Origin: a bacterium
GTDB lineage: Bacteria; Patescibacteriota; Dojkabacteria; B142; OLB20
Direction: 5' to 3'
Assembly (NCBI GenBank): GCA_021463645.1
Contig: JAJTYI010000009.1
Coordinates: forward strand, 93,343-157,342
Length of the DNA: 64,000 bases
Of the stretch, positions 19,208-27,424 are shown one piece after another. Each line of letters begins with the position of its first letter. Within the stretch, counting starts at the first letter, position 1. Below the pieces are notes generated by a model, which had not been told where the DNA came from, did not search any database, and worked only from the letters and a program-made list of their open reading frames with translations. Made by a program: the position numbers and the translations under genes.

Positions 19208-19676
19208 TATTTTGATGCTCCTTTAAGAATTTTATTACTTCTGCAGTATGTCCATTTACACTTACTTTCGGCCACGCTTTAATAATTTTCCCGTTTTCAT
19301 CAATTACGAAAGTAGCTCTTGTCATTCCAAATCCAATCTTTCCAAATATTGATTTCTTCCCCCATGCACCGAATGCCTCGCTCAATGTATGATCGCTATC
19401 GCTCCACAAATCAAATGGTAATTCATGTTTGTCAGCGAATTTCGTGTGAGATTCTATACTGTCTGCACTAACTCCAATAATTTTCGCTCCTAGTTTTTCG
19501 ATTTCAGGATTAAAATCACGAAAATCACACGCTTCTTGTGTGCAACCAGGGGTATTATCTTTTGGATAGAAATACAACACTATTTTCTGTCCTAGAAAAT
19601 CTTGTAATTTAGTGGGGTTTCCATTTGCATCTAATACTTCATGATCTAAGGGCGCCATTTCACCTACTTTTAGCAT
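19200..19676 (-). CDS. bcp: Thioredoxin-dependent peroxiredoxin Bcp
   Basis: YFYPKDNTPGCTQEACDFRD peroxidatic-Cys motif; AhpC/TSA fold length. Confidence 0.9.
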   Translation of the reverse strand: MLKVGEMAPLDHEVLDANGNPTKLQDFLGQKIVLYFYPKDNTPGCTQEACDFRDFNPEIEKLGAKIIGVSADSIESHTKFADKHELPFDLWSDSDHTLSEAFGAWGKKSIFGKIGFGMTRATFVIDENGKIIKAWPKVSVNGHTAEVIKFLKEHQNNE

Positions 19677-19693
19677 TCTAATTACTTAAAAAA

Positions 19694-20152
19694 TTAATTA
19701 GTTATCTGTTCAGCTACTTTTTTGAGTTCCTCATCTGATGCTCTTTTTGCACTATGGGAAGAGAGGTATCCAGGATAAGTTTCATAATAGTCATCAATAT
19801 CCGATTCTATATTTTTCCATTCATCAAGTTTAGTTCCATGCATGGGGAATAACTTGGCATGTATATGATTTACACCGAATCCCTCAAAAATTAATCCGGT
19901 TCTGCCTACATCCTCAAGTTTTTCATCTAAGAGTTTGGCTACTTTTTGACTAGCTTCCATTAACTCTTCGAGAACATCTTCAGGAATCTCAGCGAAGTAA
20001 CTATCGTAATGTTGCTTTGGGATAACTAGTGAAGCACCTTTTGTGTTTGGAAATATATTTAGAAATGCCATAAAGTCATCATCCTCCCAAATCTTATAAC
20101 TGGGAGCTTCGCCTTTGGCAATTTGGCAAAAAATACAATCAGGCAGATGCAT
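19694..20152 (-). CDS. HIT-family nucleotide hydrolase/transferase
   Basis: CIFCQIAKGE N-terminus and the histidine-triad region VNHIHAKLFP, a variant in which the third His position is Lys. Confidence 0.75.
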   Translation of the reverse strand: MHLPDCIFCQIAKGEAPSYKIWEDDDFMAFLNIFPNTKGASLVIPKQHYDSYFAEIPEDVLEELMEASQKVAKLLDEKLEDVGRTGLIFEGFGVNHIHAKLFPMHGTKLDEWKNIESDIDDYYETYPGYLSSHSAKRASDEELKKVAEQITN

Positions 20153-20168
20153 ATTTATTTTTTAATAA

Positions 20169-20537
20169 TTATTTTTTCTTCTTTTTTTTGTCCTTTTTAG
20201 CTTTTTCTTCTTTTCTGACTTCTTCCTTCAAAGCCGCTTCTTTTTTCTTATCAAGTTTATCAAGACCTAATTTCTTTACACCAAAATAAACAATTGCTGC
20301 TAATACTATGAAATCAATCAAATGTGCAACAAAACTACCAACACGTATTTCAGCATCGAGGATTGTGAAAGATAGGGTAGTCAAACCCTGCGCCTTGCCA
20401 AGCAGGATACCTAAGAATGGATTAACGATATCTTGAACAAGAGAGGTAACTAACTGAGTTACAGCAGTACCTAGAATGATACCTACTGCGAGTCCAACAA
20501 CTCCCTGCTCACGAATGAAGTTCATAAAACTTTTCAT
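20169..20537 (-). CDS. mscL: Large-conductance mechanosensitive channel
   Basis: FIREQGVVGLAVGIILGTA... N-terminus, two TM helices, Lys-rich C-terminal tail. Confidence 0.85.
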   Translation of the reverse strand: MKSFMNFIREQGVVGLAVGIILGTAVTQLVTSLVQDIVNPFLGILLGKAQGLTTLSFTILDAEIRVGSFVAHLIDFIVLAAIVYFGVKKLGLDKLDKKKEAALKEEVRKEEKAKKDKKKKKK

Positions 20538-20755
20538 GAAAAAATATTAAGAAATAATTAATGAATAATACCATAGACAAGCTGATTATTTGAAAAAATA
20601 TTAATAGGATGAACCTCGTTAACATGAGATAGTGTCAAATATTTACAGAACTGATATAATGTAGAAGTTAGTTTATTCTGCTTAGTTATTTAGGTTTCCC
20701 CAAGATTTCTAATCCAGTCTAAATTAAGTTTATTTTTTTATTTTTTATTCCTCAA

Positions 20756-21025
20756 ATGGAAAAAAACAAACTTTTCGTAGGCAATGTAGCTTACGCAACA
20801 ACAATCGAGACATTAGTCGCGTTGTTTTCAGAGTATGGTGAAGTAACCGAATCATACAAACCACAAGCAAAAGGTTTCGCATTTATCACATTCAAAAATG
20901 AAGAAGATGCTGCCAAAGCAATGGAAGCTCTTAATGGTAAAGAAGTTGACGGAAGAGAAATCTTCGTTAATGTAGCTAGACCTAGAGAAGAAAGACCAAG
21001 ACGAGATTTTGGAGACAGAAACTAA
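20756..21025 (+). CDS. RRM-domain RNA-binding protein
   Basis: RNP2 KLFVGNV and RNP1 KGFAFITF motifs. Confidence 0.85.
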   Translation: MEKNKLFVGNVAYATTIETLVALFSEYGEVTESYKPQAKGFAFITFKNEEDAAKAMEALNGKEVDGREIFVNVARPREERPRRDFGDRN

Positions 21026-21044
21026 GTCCTTTCTAAATAATCAA

Positions 21045-21073
21045 AAAGACCTTCATTACGAAGGTCTTTTTTT
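21045..21073. terminator. Bidirectional intrinsic terminator between convergent genes
   Basis: Hairpin GACCTTC-attac-GAAGGTC, flanked by an A-run on the left and a T-run on the right. Confidence 0.7.
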
Positions 21074-22934
21074 ATTTCAAGCGGACTTTTACTCTAAGTG
21101 AATTTATAATTACTATAAAATCGATAACCTCTTGAAGGAGTGCGCCAATTGCAGGTACAAAAAGTCCAAAGGCACCGAAGAACATTAATATTGTGCTTAG
21201 GCCCATTCCTATAAAAATTCCCTGTTTAGCAATTTCCAATACTTTTTGGCTTAAAGAATACGTGTAAGATACGCGATCAAAATTACCAGATGTGATAACA
21301 ATATCACCTGCATCAGTTGTTGCATTTGTTCCCAAAACTCCGAAAGCAATTCCAACGTCTGCTTTCGCGAGAGCAGGGGAGTCATTGATTCCATCTCCAA
21401 TCATTACAACAGGATCTTTAGAATTCTTCTTTAATTCTTCAATTTTCTTCATCTTCTCTTCAGGAGAAATTTCTGCAATATAATCCGGTATTGAAAATTT
21501 CTCAGAATACTCCTTTGCTATTGATTCCTTATCACCTGTGAGCATAACCAATTTTTTAATCCCTAAATCCCTTAATATCTTAATTTCTTTAAGTATGTTT
21601 TTCCTGGGTTTATCACTCAATTTAAAACTGGCCAATATTTCTTGCTTTTTGACATCGGCTAAATAGACCAAAATATTACCTTCTGAGGTGGCTTGTGAAT
21701 TAGCTCTTTTAAATTCCTCTGCGTATTCTTTATCAAAATCATTCAGAACATAGTTTTGTTTTCCAAGTTTGTAAAATTCACCATCAACTATTCCAGAAAT
21801 ACCTTTCCCAAAGCTTTCTTTTAAATTCTGTGGACTTACAAGATTTATCTTTTTACTTTTTGCATAGTCTAGGAATCCCTTTGATAATACATGTTCAGAA
21901 TACTGTTCTAATGAAGCAGATATTTTAATAAGTTCTTCGTTGTTGTGACTCTTTGAATAATTATGGATATTAATAATTTGAGGTCTTCCTTCCGTCAATG
22001 TTCCGGTTTTGTCGAATACAAAAGTTTTACTCCTAGCAAGTTGTTCAATAGTTGCACCCGATTTAATAATGACACCTTTTCCAGCACCTTTACTCACGCC
22101 AGAAGCGAACGCAATCGGAGTCGCAAGAATTAAGGGACAAGGAGTTGCAACTACCAGTACGGTTAGAGCTCTTACCGGATCATTTGAGATGAACCATGCC
22201 AATCCTGCGAGCGTAAACGCAAGTAATGTAAACCAAACACTATATCTGTCCGCTAGCCGAACGAATGGAGCACGATCTTTCTCCGCTTGTTCGACCAGTT
22301 TAACAATTTGTTGATATTTACTATTCTGGGAACTCTTCATAACTTTAACTACCACTGCCGACTCTTTGTTGACCACTCCACTGTATACCCAATCGTGTAT
22401 TGTTTTCTCAACAGGAATTGCTTCTCCCGTAATAGTTGACTCATCAAAACTCGAAACGCCTTCTAGAATTATTCCGTCAACAGGAACAATTTCACCTGGC
22501 TTAACAATTACTTCGTCATCAATTTTAACTTTTTCGATGTCAATTCTATCGATAACTCCATTTTTCCTAATTTGTGCAAATCTTGGAGCAAGTGACAAGA
22601 GGTTGTGAAGTTCTTTCTTCGACCTTCTCATAGCATAACTCTCTAAATACTCTCCACCAGATAACATCAAGAGAATCACCGCACCAGCCAAATATTCTCC
22701 TAACAAAAGACTTCCTGTGATGCTAACGAGAGCAATTAAATCGACACCAAATCTTTTATTCAGAATAGAGGAAAAAATATCAACCGTAAGTGGAACGAGA
22801 CCCAATATGATAGACAGTTTCAAGATTGTGTCCGAATTAATTGGGAGAGGAACTATAAATCCAAGCAACCAATAAAATAGAGCCAAAATGGTTGTGAAGG
22901 GGATAACCGTTTTTATTATTTCAATTGTTTTCAT
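21072..22934 (-). CDS. P1B-type heavy-metal-translocating ATPase without an N-terminal metal-binding domain
   Basis: DKTGTLT phosphorylation site, SEHVL (SEHPL-like), GDGINDSPAL hinge, and TM motif VVATPCPLILATP, which is TPC where Cu/Zn pumps have CPC. Confidence 0.85.
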   Translation of the reverse strand: MKTIEIIKTVIPFTTILALFYWLLGFIVPLPINSDTILKLSIILGLVPLTVDIFSSILNKRFGVDLIALVSITGSLLLGEYLAGAVILLMLSGGEYLESYAMRRSKKELHNLLSLAPRFAQIRKNGVIDRIDIEKVKIDDEVIVKPGEIVPVDGIILEGVSSFDESTITGEAIPVEKTIHDWVYSGVVNKESAVVVKVMKSSQNSKYQQIVKLVEQAEKDRAPFVRLADRYSVWFTLLAFTLAGLAWFISNDPVRALTVLVVATPCPLILATPIAFASGVSKGAGKGVIIKSGATIEQLARSKTFVFDKTGTLTEGRPQIINIHNYSKSHNNEELIKISASLEQYSEHVLSKGFLDYAKSKKINLVSPQNLKESFGKGISGIVDGEFYKLGKQNYVLNDFDKEYAEEFKRANSQATSEGNILVYLADVKKQEILASFKLSDKPRKNILKEIKILRDLGIKKLVMLTGDKESIAKEYSEKFSIPDYIAEISPEEKMKKIEELKKNSKDPVVMIGDGINDSPALAKADVGIAFGVLGTNATTDAGDIVITSGNFDRVSYTYSLSQKVLEIAKQGIFIGMGLSTILMFFGAFGLFVPAIGALLQEVIDFIVIINSLRVKVRLK

Positions 22935-23009
22935 ACAAAAGATTATAAAAGTGATATTAGTAATTCTATTATTGAATTATAGCCACAACCACAAATTAAT
23001 GACATCTCT

Positions 23010-23990
23010 TCATATTATGTAATTAAATACAAAACCCAAAACCATAATACCTATTATAGTAATCCCAAAGAATACAAGTAATAGTCGCCAGTTCATAATT
23101 TTCTTCAGGATTAGTGCCTGAGGGATTGATAAAGTTACGGTTGAAGTCATGAATGAAAATACAGAGCCTAAAGGCACACCTTTATTCACTAAAACTTCCA
23201 TTATTGGAATGATACTCATCGAGTTGGCATAAAGAGGTACACCTAGGAGCGTAGCAAATGGTATAACCCACCATGAATCAATGCTTAAGTATTTATTCAC
23301 TAAATTCTCTGGAACAAAGCCGTGAATAATCGCACCTATGGCAACTCCTAAGATTACGTAAGGAAAAATGCTTTTTGTGATTGAGAATCCATCAACCCAA
23401 AAATATTTTAATAATTTTTTGAATGGTACTCGCTGACTTTTATTATTCTCTTTGATTTTATTTGAAGTTTTGAACTTTAGTAAATCTTTATTTATAAACC
23501 TTTGCATATTTAGTTTTTGTATTAATAGACCTCCTGCGATACTAATAATAATCCCCATCATGTTGTAAATAAGGGTGGTTTCCAATCCGAAAATTGCAGG
23601 GAAGACAAATAGCGAGGCTTCGTTAATTAATGGGGAAGCAATTAAAAATGTGAACGTTACTCCAAGAGGAATTCCTGCACCAACAAATCCCAAAAATAAC
23701 GGTATTGAAGAACAAGAACAAAATGGTGTAATCATTCCAAGTACAGCGGCTAAAATATAATCAATCCCATACCATCGTCTTTTCGTAAGTACATCTTTAA
23801 TCCTTTCAACAGGTAAGAAATATCTGGTTACTGCCATGAGAAAACTGATTAACGTAATCAGAAAAAGGATTTTTAGTGAATCATATATAAAAAACTCTAA
23901 AGCGTGTCCGAAATATGAACTGTCCGATATGTTTAAAAGCCCATACGTGAAAAATTTTGCGAAATATTCTAGAGGATAGAAGAGATTCAT
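23010..23990 (-). CDS. Predicted permease (ArsP/DUF318 family)
   Basis: Polytopic membrane protein with the ITPFCSCSSIPLF motif characteristic of this family. Follows a small thioredoxin-like gene and arsR. Confidence 0.7.
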   Translation of the reverse strand: MNLFYPLEYFAKFFTYGLLNISDSSYFGHALEFFIYDSLKILFLITLISFLMAVTRYFLPVERIKDVLTKRRWYGIDYILAAVLGMITPFCSCSSIPLFLGFVGAGIPLGVTFTFLIASPLINEASLFVFPAIFGLETTLIYNMMGIIISIAGGLLIQKLNMQRFINKDLLKFKTSNKIKENNKSQRVPFKKLLKYFWVDGFSITKSIFPYVILGVAIGAIIHGFVPENLVNKYLSIDSWWVIPFATLLGVPLYANSMSIIPIMEVLVNKGVPLGSVFSFMTSTVTLSIPQALILKKIMNWRLLLVFFGITIIGIMVLGFVFNYII

Positions 23991-24229
23991 TTGCTTTGAC
24001 TCAAAATTAAGTCTTTGATTTTTTCAATATTGTTTGTGCTTCCCTCCATTACTGCTTGGCCATCTATCGCGAGCACAGGAGAAGTCATAATTCCCATCTC
24101 AATGATTTTGGAAATGTCGGTGATATATTCCACTTCGTCATCCATACTCAATTCTGCCATTGCCCTTTGTGTTAGCTCAAATAAATTCTTGCATGTTTTA
24201 CAACCGGAACCTAAAACTTGAATTTGCAT
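23987..24229 (-). CDS. Thioredoxin-fold redox-active disulfide protein 2-like
   Basis: 80 aa with a GCKTCK CxxC motif near the N-terminus. Commonly partnered with ArsP-type permeases. Confidence 0.7.
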   Translation of the reverse strand: MQIQVLGSGCKTCKNLFELTQRAMAELSMDDEVEYITDISKIIEMGIMTSPVLAIDGQAVMEGSTNNIEKIKDLILSQSK

Positions 24230-24246
24230 ATCAGATATTTAATAAA

Positions 24247-24537
24247 TTAATTTATATTTAATAGATTTAAATATTCTCTAAGTAAATTTTTGTATTTCCC
24301 GTTGATTACATAAAAAATACGGTTGCCATCTCTCTCAACTTTTAAAAGTTCAACACTAGCTAATTTCTTCAAATGAAAAGATAATAGGTTTCTTGAAATT
24401 CCAAAGTTCCTTGCGAGGTCGCAAACACATATTTTGTCATTACTTAACACTTCGAGGATTCTAGTACGAAGGGGATCACCGAGAGCTTTTATTAGTTCAT
24501 CAATGTTGCTGGTGTTTGATTTTTGTGATTGGGTCAA
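24247..24537 (-). CDS. arsR: ArsR/SmtB-family transcriptional regulator
   Basis: LGDPLRTRILEVL...ICVCDLARNFGISRNLLSFHLKKL wHTH with the CVC metal(loid)-sensing motif. Only a TTG start is available. Confidence 0.85.
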   Translation of the reverse strand: MTQSQKSNTSNIDELIKALGDPLRTRILEVLSNDKICVCDLARNFGISRNLLSFHLKKLASVELLKVERDGNRIFYVINGKYKNLLREYLNLLNIN

Positions 24538-24540
24538 ATC

Positions 24541-24568
24541 AACTATGTAAATATTTACTTACATAGTT
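24541..24568 (-). promoter_or_regulatory. Putative ArsR operator (10-bp perfect inverted repeat, 8-bp spacer)
   Basis: AACTATGTAA-atatttac-TTACATAGTT, immediately upstream of the arsR start. Confidence 0.45.
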
Positions 24569-24586
24569 TAACACTTGAATAAGGAT

Positions 24587-24967
24587 TTACAAGTTTTCTT
24601 TCAAAAATTTATCTAATGCAGATAAATTCTTTAATGTATCGTCATAATAGTATGACACAATTTCTAGGGTCCGAGCACTTTCAACCGCTTCAGGTGTATG
24701 TTCAAAATATACGCAATCTTCAGGTTTTAGATTTTTATCTTTTAATAGTTTTTCGAAAAATGCGGGATCAGTTTTATCAGGTTTGTGTTTTAACGAATAC
24801 AGTTCATAAGGAAGATTTACTAAACCAAGCATTTTGATTTCTTCATCATTTGCATTAGTAAGAATAATTTTGGGATTGGGATATTTTTCTAGGAGTTGAT
24901 ACATTTCATCAAAAACCTTACTATCAAATACGAATGTTTTATATGCATCTACGAGGATTGTTTTCAT
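24587..24967 (-). CDS. HAD-superfamily hydrolase-like protein
   Basis: ILVDAYKTF (DxxxT motif I-like), ILTNAN (motif II), K...D later. Assignment is weak. Confidence 0.45.
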   Translation of the reverse strand: MKTILVDAYKTFVFDSKVFDEMYQLLEKYPNPKIILTNANDEEIKMLGLVNLPYELYSLKHKPDKTDPAFFEKLLKDKNLKPEDCVYFEHTPEAVESARTLEIVSYYYDDTLKNLSALDKFLKENL

Positions 24968-24968
24968 A

Positions 24969-25694
24969 TTAAATTTTGTTTAATTTATTTAAATATTTTA
25001 GCCACACTACATCGTTTTCTAATTTTTCAATATTTGTAAGAGTAAACTTTTTTATTATTAAATCTTTCTGAATATCTCCCTCGAATAATGATGGAGCATC
25101 AGTTCGATTAACTACTAATGGCAATAACAATAGGCTAATCTGATCAATCAAATTTTCATTCATAATAGAACCATTTAAAATACCTCCACCTTCTAAAAGA
25201 ATCCTATCAATTCCAAATTTCGATTTTATCTTTTTAAAAACAATACGAAAATCAATATCTTCCTCTCCTCCAAAAATATATGAAATATTTTTGTCTTGGA
25301 GATAGGATAAATATTCCTTGGGAGTATTTATAGTCACTATCACAACTAAATTGAGGTTTTCTTTGATATTGGAAAACCTAATTGTGTTATCTTTCCATCG
25401 TAGAACACCCTTCGTATCTGTGGTAAATACATTATAATCGTTAGGAATAGAAACGATATAATCTTTATCATCAATTCTACTGCGGATTTTAGGTAGTTCA
25501 ATTGTAAGATTGTCTGCAAATGCTTGCATAGTCACCCTCCCGATTATCCAAGACTTTGCGTTTAGTTTGTCTTCAATTTTTGTATACAAACTAAAATAGT
25601 CATCTAATATATTCTCGCCAGTACCGCTAGTGATTTTGCCATCAAGGGTAGTCATCATGTGACATATTATTTGTGGAAGTTCTGTTTTCGACAT
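24969..25694 (-). CDS. RibD C-terminal domain / dihydrofolate-reductase-like reductase
   Basis: MMTTLDGKITSG... and LLEGGGILNGSIMNENLIDQISLLLLPLV match the RibD_C family pattern. Confidence 0.7.
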   Translation of the reverse strand: MSKTELPQIICHMMTTLDGKITSGTGENILDDYFSLYTKIEDKLNAKSWIIGRVTMQAFADNLTIELPKIRSRIDDKDYIVSIPNDYNVFTTDTKGVLRWKDNTIRFSNIKENLNLVVIVTINTPKEYLSYLQDKNISYIFGGEEDIDFRIVFKKIKSKFGIDRILLEGGGILNGSIMNENLIDQISLLLLPLVVNRTDAPSLFEGDIQKDLIIKKFTLTNIEKLENDVVWLKYLNKLNKI

Positions 25695-25710
25695 TTTATA
25701 ATTAACAAAG

Positions 25711-25774
25711 TTCGGGGACTAGCCTGCCTGTCGGCAGACAGGGGCTCTTTATCCCAGTTTGTGAGGGTCGCCGA
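25711..25774 (-). other. Aberrant tRNA-Gln-like element lacking a T arm (tRNA-derived pseudogene or tRNA-like RNA)
   Basis: Its 5' AATGTTCGGCGA parallels AATGATCGGGGA of the intact tRNA, and its 3' CTAGTCCCCGAA is identical to the intact tRNA 3' end. The interior is GC-rich hairpins (CCTGTC-TGCC-GACAGG). Confidence 0.35.
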
Positions 25775-25867
25775 ACATTACTGCTGATTTATCCCTCCCT
25801 CTATCAGAGGGAGGGAGAACCTAAAAGACAAACTTAAATATTTTAAATTCTCGCATGATTAACAGAC

Positions 25868-25938
25868 TTCGGGGACTAGGGCTCGAACCTAGATTGACGG
25901 CTTCAAAGGCCGATGTCCTACCATTAGACGATCCCCGA
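25868..25938 (-). tRNA. tRNA-Gln: tRNA-Gln (anticodon UUG)
   Basis: A 71-nt cloverleaf folded by hand: acceptor TCGGGGA/TCCCCGA with U1-A72; D arm GTCT-AATGGTA-GGAC; anticodon arm TCGGC-CTTTGAA-GCCGT; T arm CTAGG-TTCGAGC-CCTAG; discriminator A. No encoded CCA. Confidence 0.9.
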
Positions 25939-26006
25939 TCATTTATTACTAATATTATTTATTCAATTATTAATTTCTTAGCTCCCATATAACTCTCTTC
26001 GTTCGT

Positions 26007-26105
26007 TTACGGGACTAATCCCGCAAAACGGGACAAGTTCGTCTATGACTTCTGATTCACTGCGTTTTCAGAAGTCAAGTCCTCATTGAGCTAGACGATC
26101 CCCGA
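26007..26105 (-). other. Aberrant tRNA-Gln(CUG)-like element with a ~17-nt insertion that extends the anticodon stem, and a degenerate T arm
   Basis: The first 14 nt (TCGGGGATCGTCTA) are identical to the intact tRNA. It contains a TTCTGAA loop (CUG anticodon), but TTGACTTCTGA/TCAGAAGTCAT forms an 11-bp hairpin (26045-26078). The 3' end TTAGTCCCGTAAA is a degenerate copy of CTAGTCCCCGAAG. Confidence 0.35.
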
Positions 26106-26147
26106 ATATTCTTAACTGGGAAATTATATCTTATTGAAATGAAACTA

Positions 26148-27197
26148 TCAATTCACTGTCGGGGAATCACCAGAAAGTTGTGGTGGTTTGTTATCACCCA
26201 ACATAGAATTTGTTCGGTCGGAAGGTAATGCAGAAAAACTACCGTTTTCTGCTGATGTGGTCTCTGATGGATATACATTTATCGATCTTTGGTCAACATA
26301 ATTAGGTTGTTCGGTTGTCGGTGGTGTTTGATATGCAGGGGATTGTCCAATATTAAAATGGAAGTTTTGTCCCTGAGGTTGAGTAGTATATGTAGGTGGC
26401 ACGGATTGGTAGCTTGGTTGATTAGATGCAGAAGTATTTGGATTTTGATAGTTACCATTTACACCTTCTTGATAACCTGTTGATGGCTGTGTGTTATAAC
26501 CTCCTCCTGCTGATGGAGGAGGAACTGGTTCTGCTAACTTCTGTTCTTTTGCAGGTAAATTTGATTCAGGTTTTTTCACGGGTGTGGGTGTTGCAAGAGT
26601 TGCTTTTTTCAGAGTAGAAATCAAGATATCGCTTAAAACATCGAAAATTATAACCACAACAATCGCAATAAGTGTAGATATTTCCAGTAGGAAAGTTGCA
26701 TCAGCACCAAATTCATAAGTCGGCAATAGACCTGTGAATGGTTTATAGACAATACTTGAAGCACTATAGATAAATTGCACAAAATCAGCTGTTTCTGATG
26801 CACCTGTTAATTTCAAGATGAATCTGAACCCAAGGAAAAATTCAATCACTTTAAAAATCACATCCAAAACTTCTTTTACACGATTTATAGTGCTGGTAGC
26901 ACTAATAGAAGTTAAAGATTTTGAGAGTATCCCTGCTAGGAGCGTATAAACAATAACCGCTACAACCGAGTGTGTTTCAAATATCAAGTTGCTTGCGTCA
27001 GGAGCAATAACAGGGTAAATTCCTTCGAAGACTCCTACAAAATACGAAGATAAGTCATACCAGAAGACTGCGAATTGCGAGACTTCGTTTGCACCAAGTA
27101 ACTTGAGTAAAATGCGTACAATTATTATGGCAACAATCACACTTAACGTGATATAAACTCCCACTTTTAGTTTTACTTTTATTGATTCTAAATTCAT
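26148..27197 (-). CDS. Membrane protein with two YggT-like repeats and a Q/N/P/Y/S-rich low-complexity tail
   Basis: Internal duplication (RILLKLLGANEVSQFAVFWYDLSSYFVGVFEGIYP and RFILKLTGASETADFVQFIYSASSIVYKPFTGLLP). The C-terminal ~145 aa are compositionally biased. Confidence 0.55.
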   Translation of the reverse strand: MNLESIKVKLKVGVYITLSVIVAIIIVRILLKLLGANEVSQFAVFWYDLSSYFVGVFEGIYPVIAPDASNLIFETHSVVAVIVYTLLAGILSKSLTSISATSTINRVKEVLDVIFKVIEFFLGFRFILKLTGASETADFVQFIYSASSIVYKPFTGLLPTYEFGADATFLLEISTLIAIVVVIIFDVLSDILISTLKKATLATPTPVKKPESNLPAKEQKLAEPVPPPSAGGGYNTQPSTGYQEGVNGNYQNPNTSASNQPSYQSVPPTYTTQPQGQNFHFNIGQSPAYQTPPTTEQPNYVDQRSINVYPSETTSAENGSFSALPSDRTNSMLGDNKPPQLSGDSPTVN

Positions 27198-27261
27198 CTA
27201 ATATAAATTAATATAATTCTGAACAACTTGCAATATTTAATAAATTTAATGTAATATCTTT

Positions 27262-27408
27262 TTAAGTGAATCAGAGTAGTGAAAACTGATAAAATTTTTG
27301 GCAAAAACTAAATATTCTTCACAAGTTGTCCTGTATAGCAGGGAACACGGGTGGAACCGCTTTTTTATAAAGTCCCGAACTCAGTTTTTGAGTAAGGACT
27401 TTTTTTAT
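27262..27408 (+). promoter_or_regulatory. T-box: Glycine-specific T-box riboswitch leader (GGC specifier) with intrinsic terminator
   Basis: Stem I base GTGAA (27266-70) pairs with TTCAC (27318-22) and encloses the hairpin TCAG-AGTAGTGAAAA-CTGA. The specifier-loop GGC at 27300-02 is followed by A. Stem III is TCCTG-tatag-CAGGGA. T-box sequence AACACGGGTGGAACCGC ends at 27360. Terminator AAAGTCC...GGACTTT plus a T-run spans 27369-27408. A possible promoter is TTGCAA (27228) -18- TAATAT (27252). Confidence 0.72.
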
Positions 27409-27424
27409 TTTTTAATAATTTTAA

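Noticed and set aside
25695-25860. A possible riboswitch (FMN, TPP or ZTP-like fragments such as GCCGACAGG...AGTCC, GGATAAATCAGCAG, and GGGTCGCCGAAC on the plus strand) upstream of the RibD_C/DHFR-like gene.
   Set aside because: Only short partial resemblances. The defining cores are absent: GGGTGAAATTCCC for FMN, CTGAGA for TPP, and CCGCCTGGGC for ZTP. The region is better described as tRNA-derived sequence plus hairpins, left unassigned.
25711-26128. An integrated mobile element using tRNA-Gln as its attachment site.
   Set aside because: The tRNA-like fragments lie only ~150 nt on either side of the intact gene. No integrase, transposase or cargo genes lie between or beside them. It is kept only as one alternative explanation in the tRNA finding.
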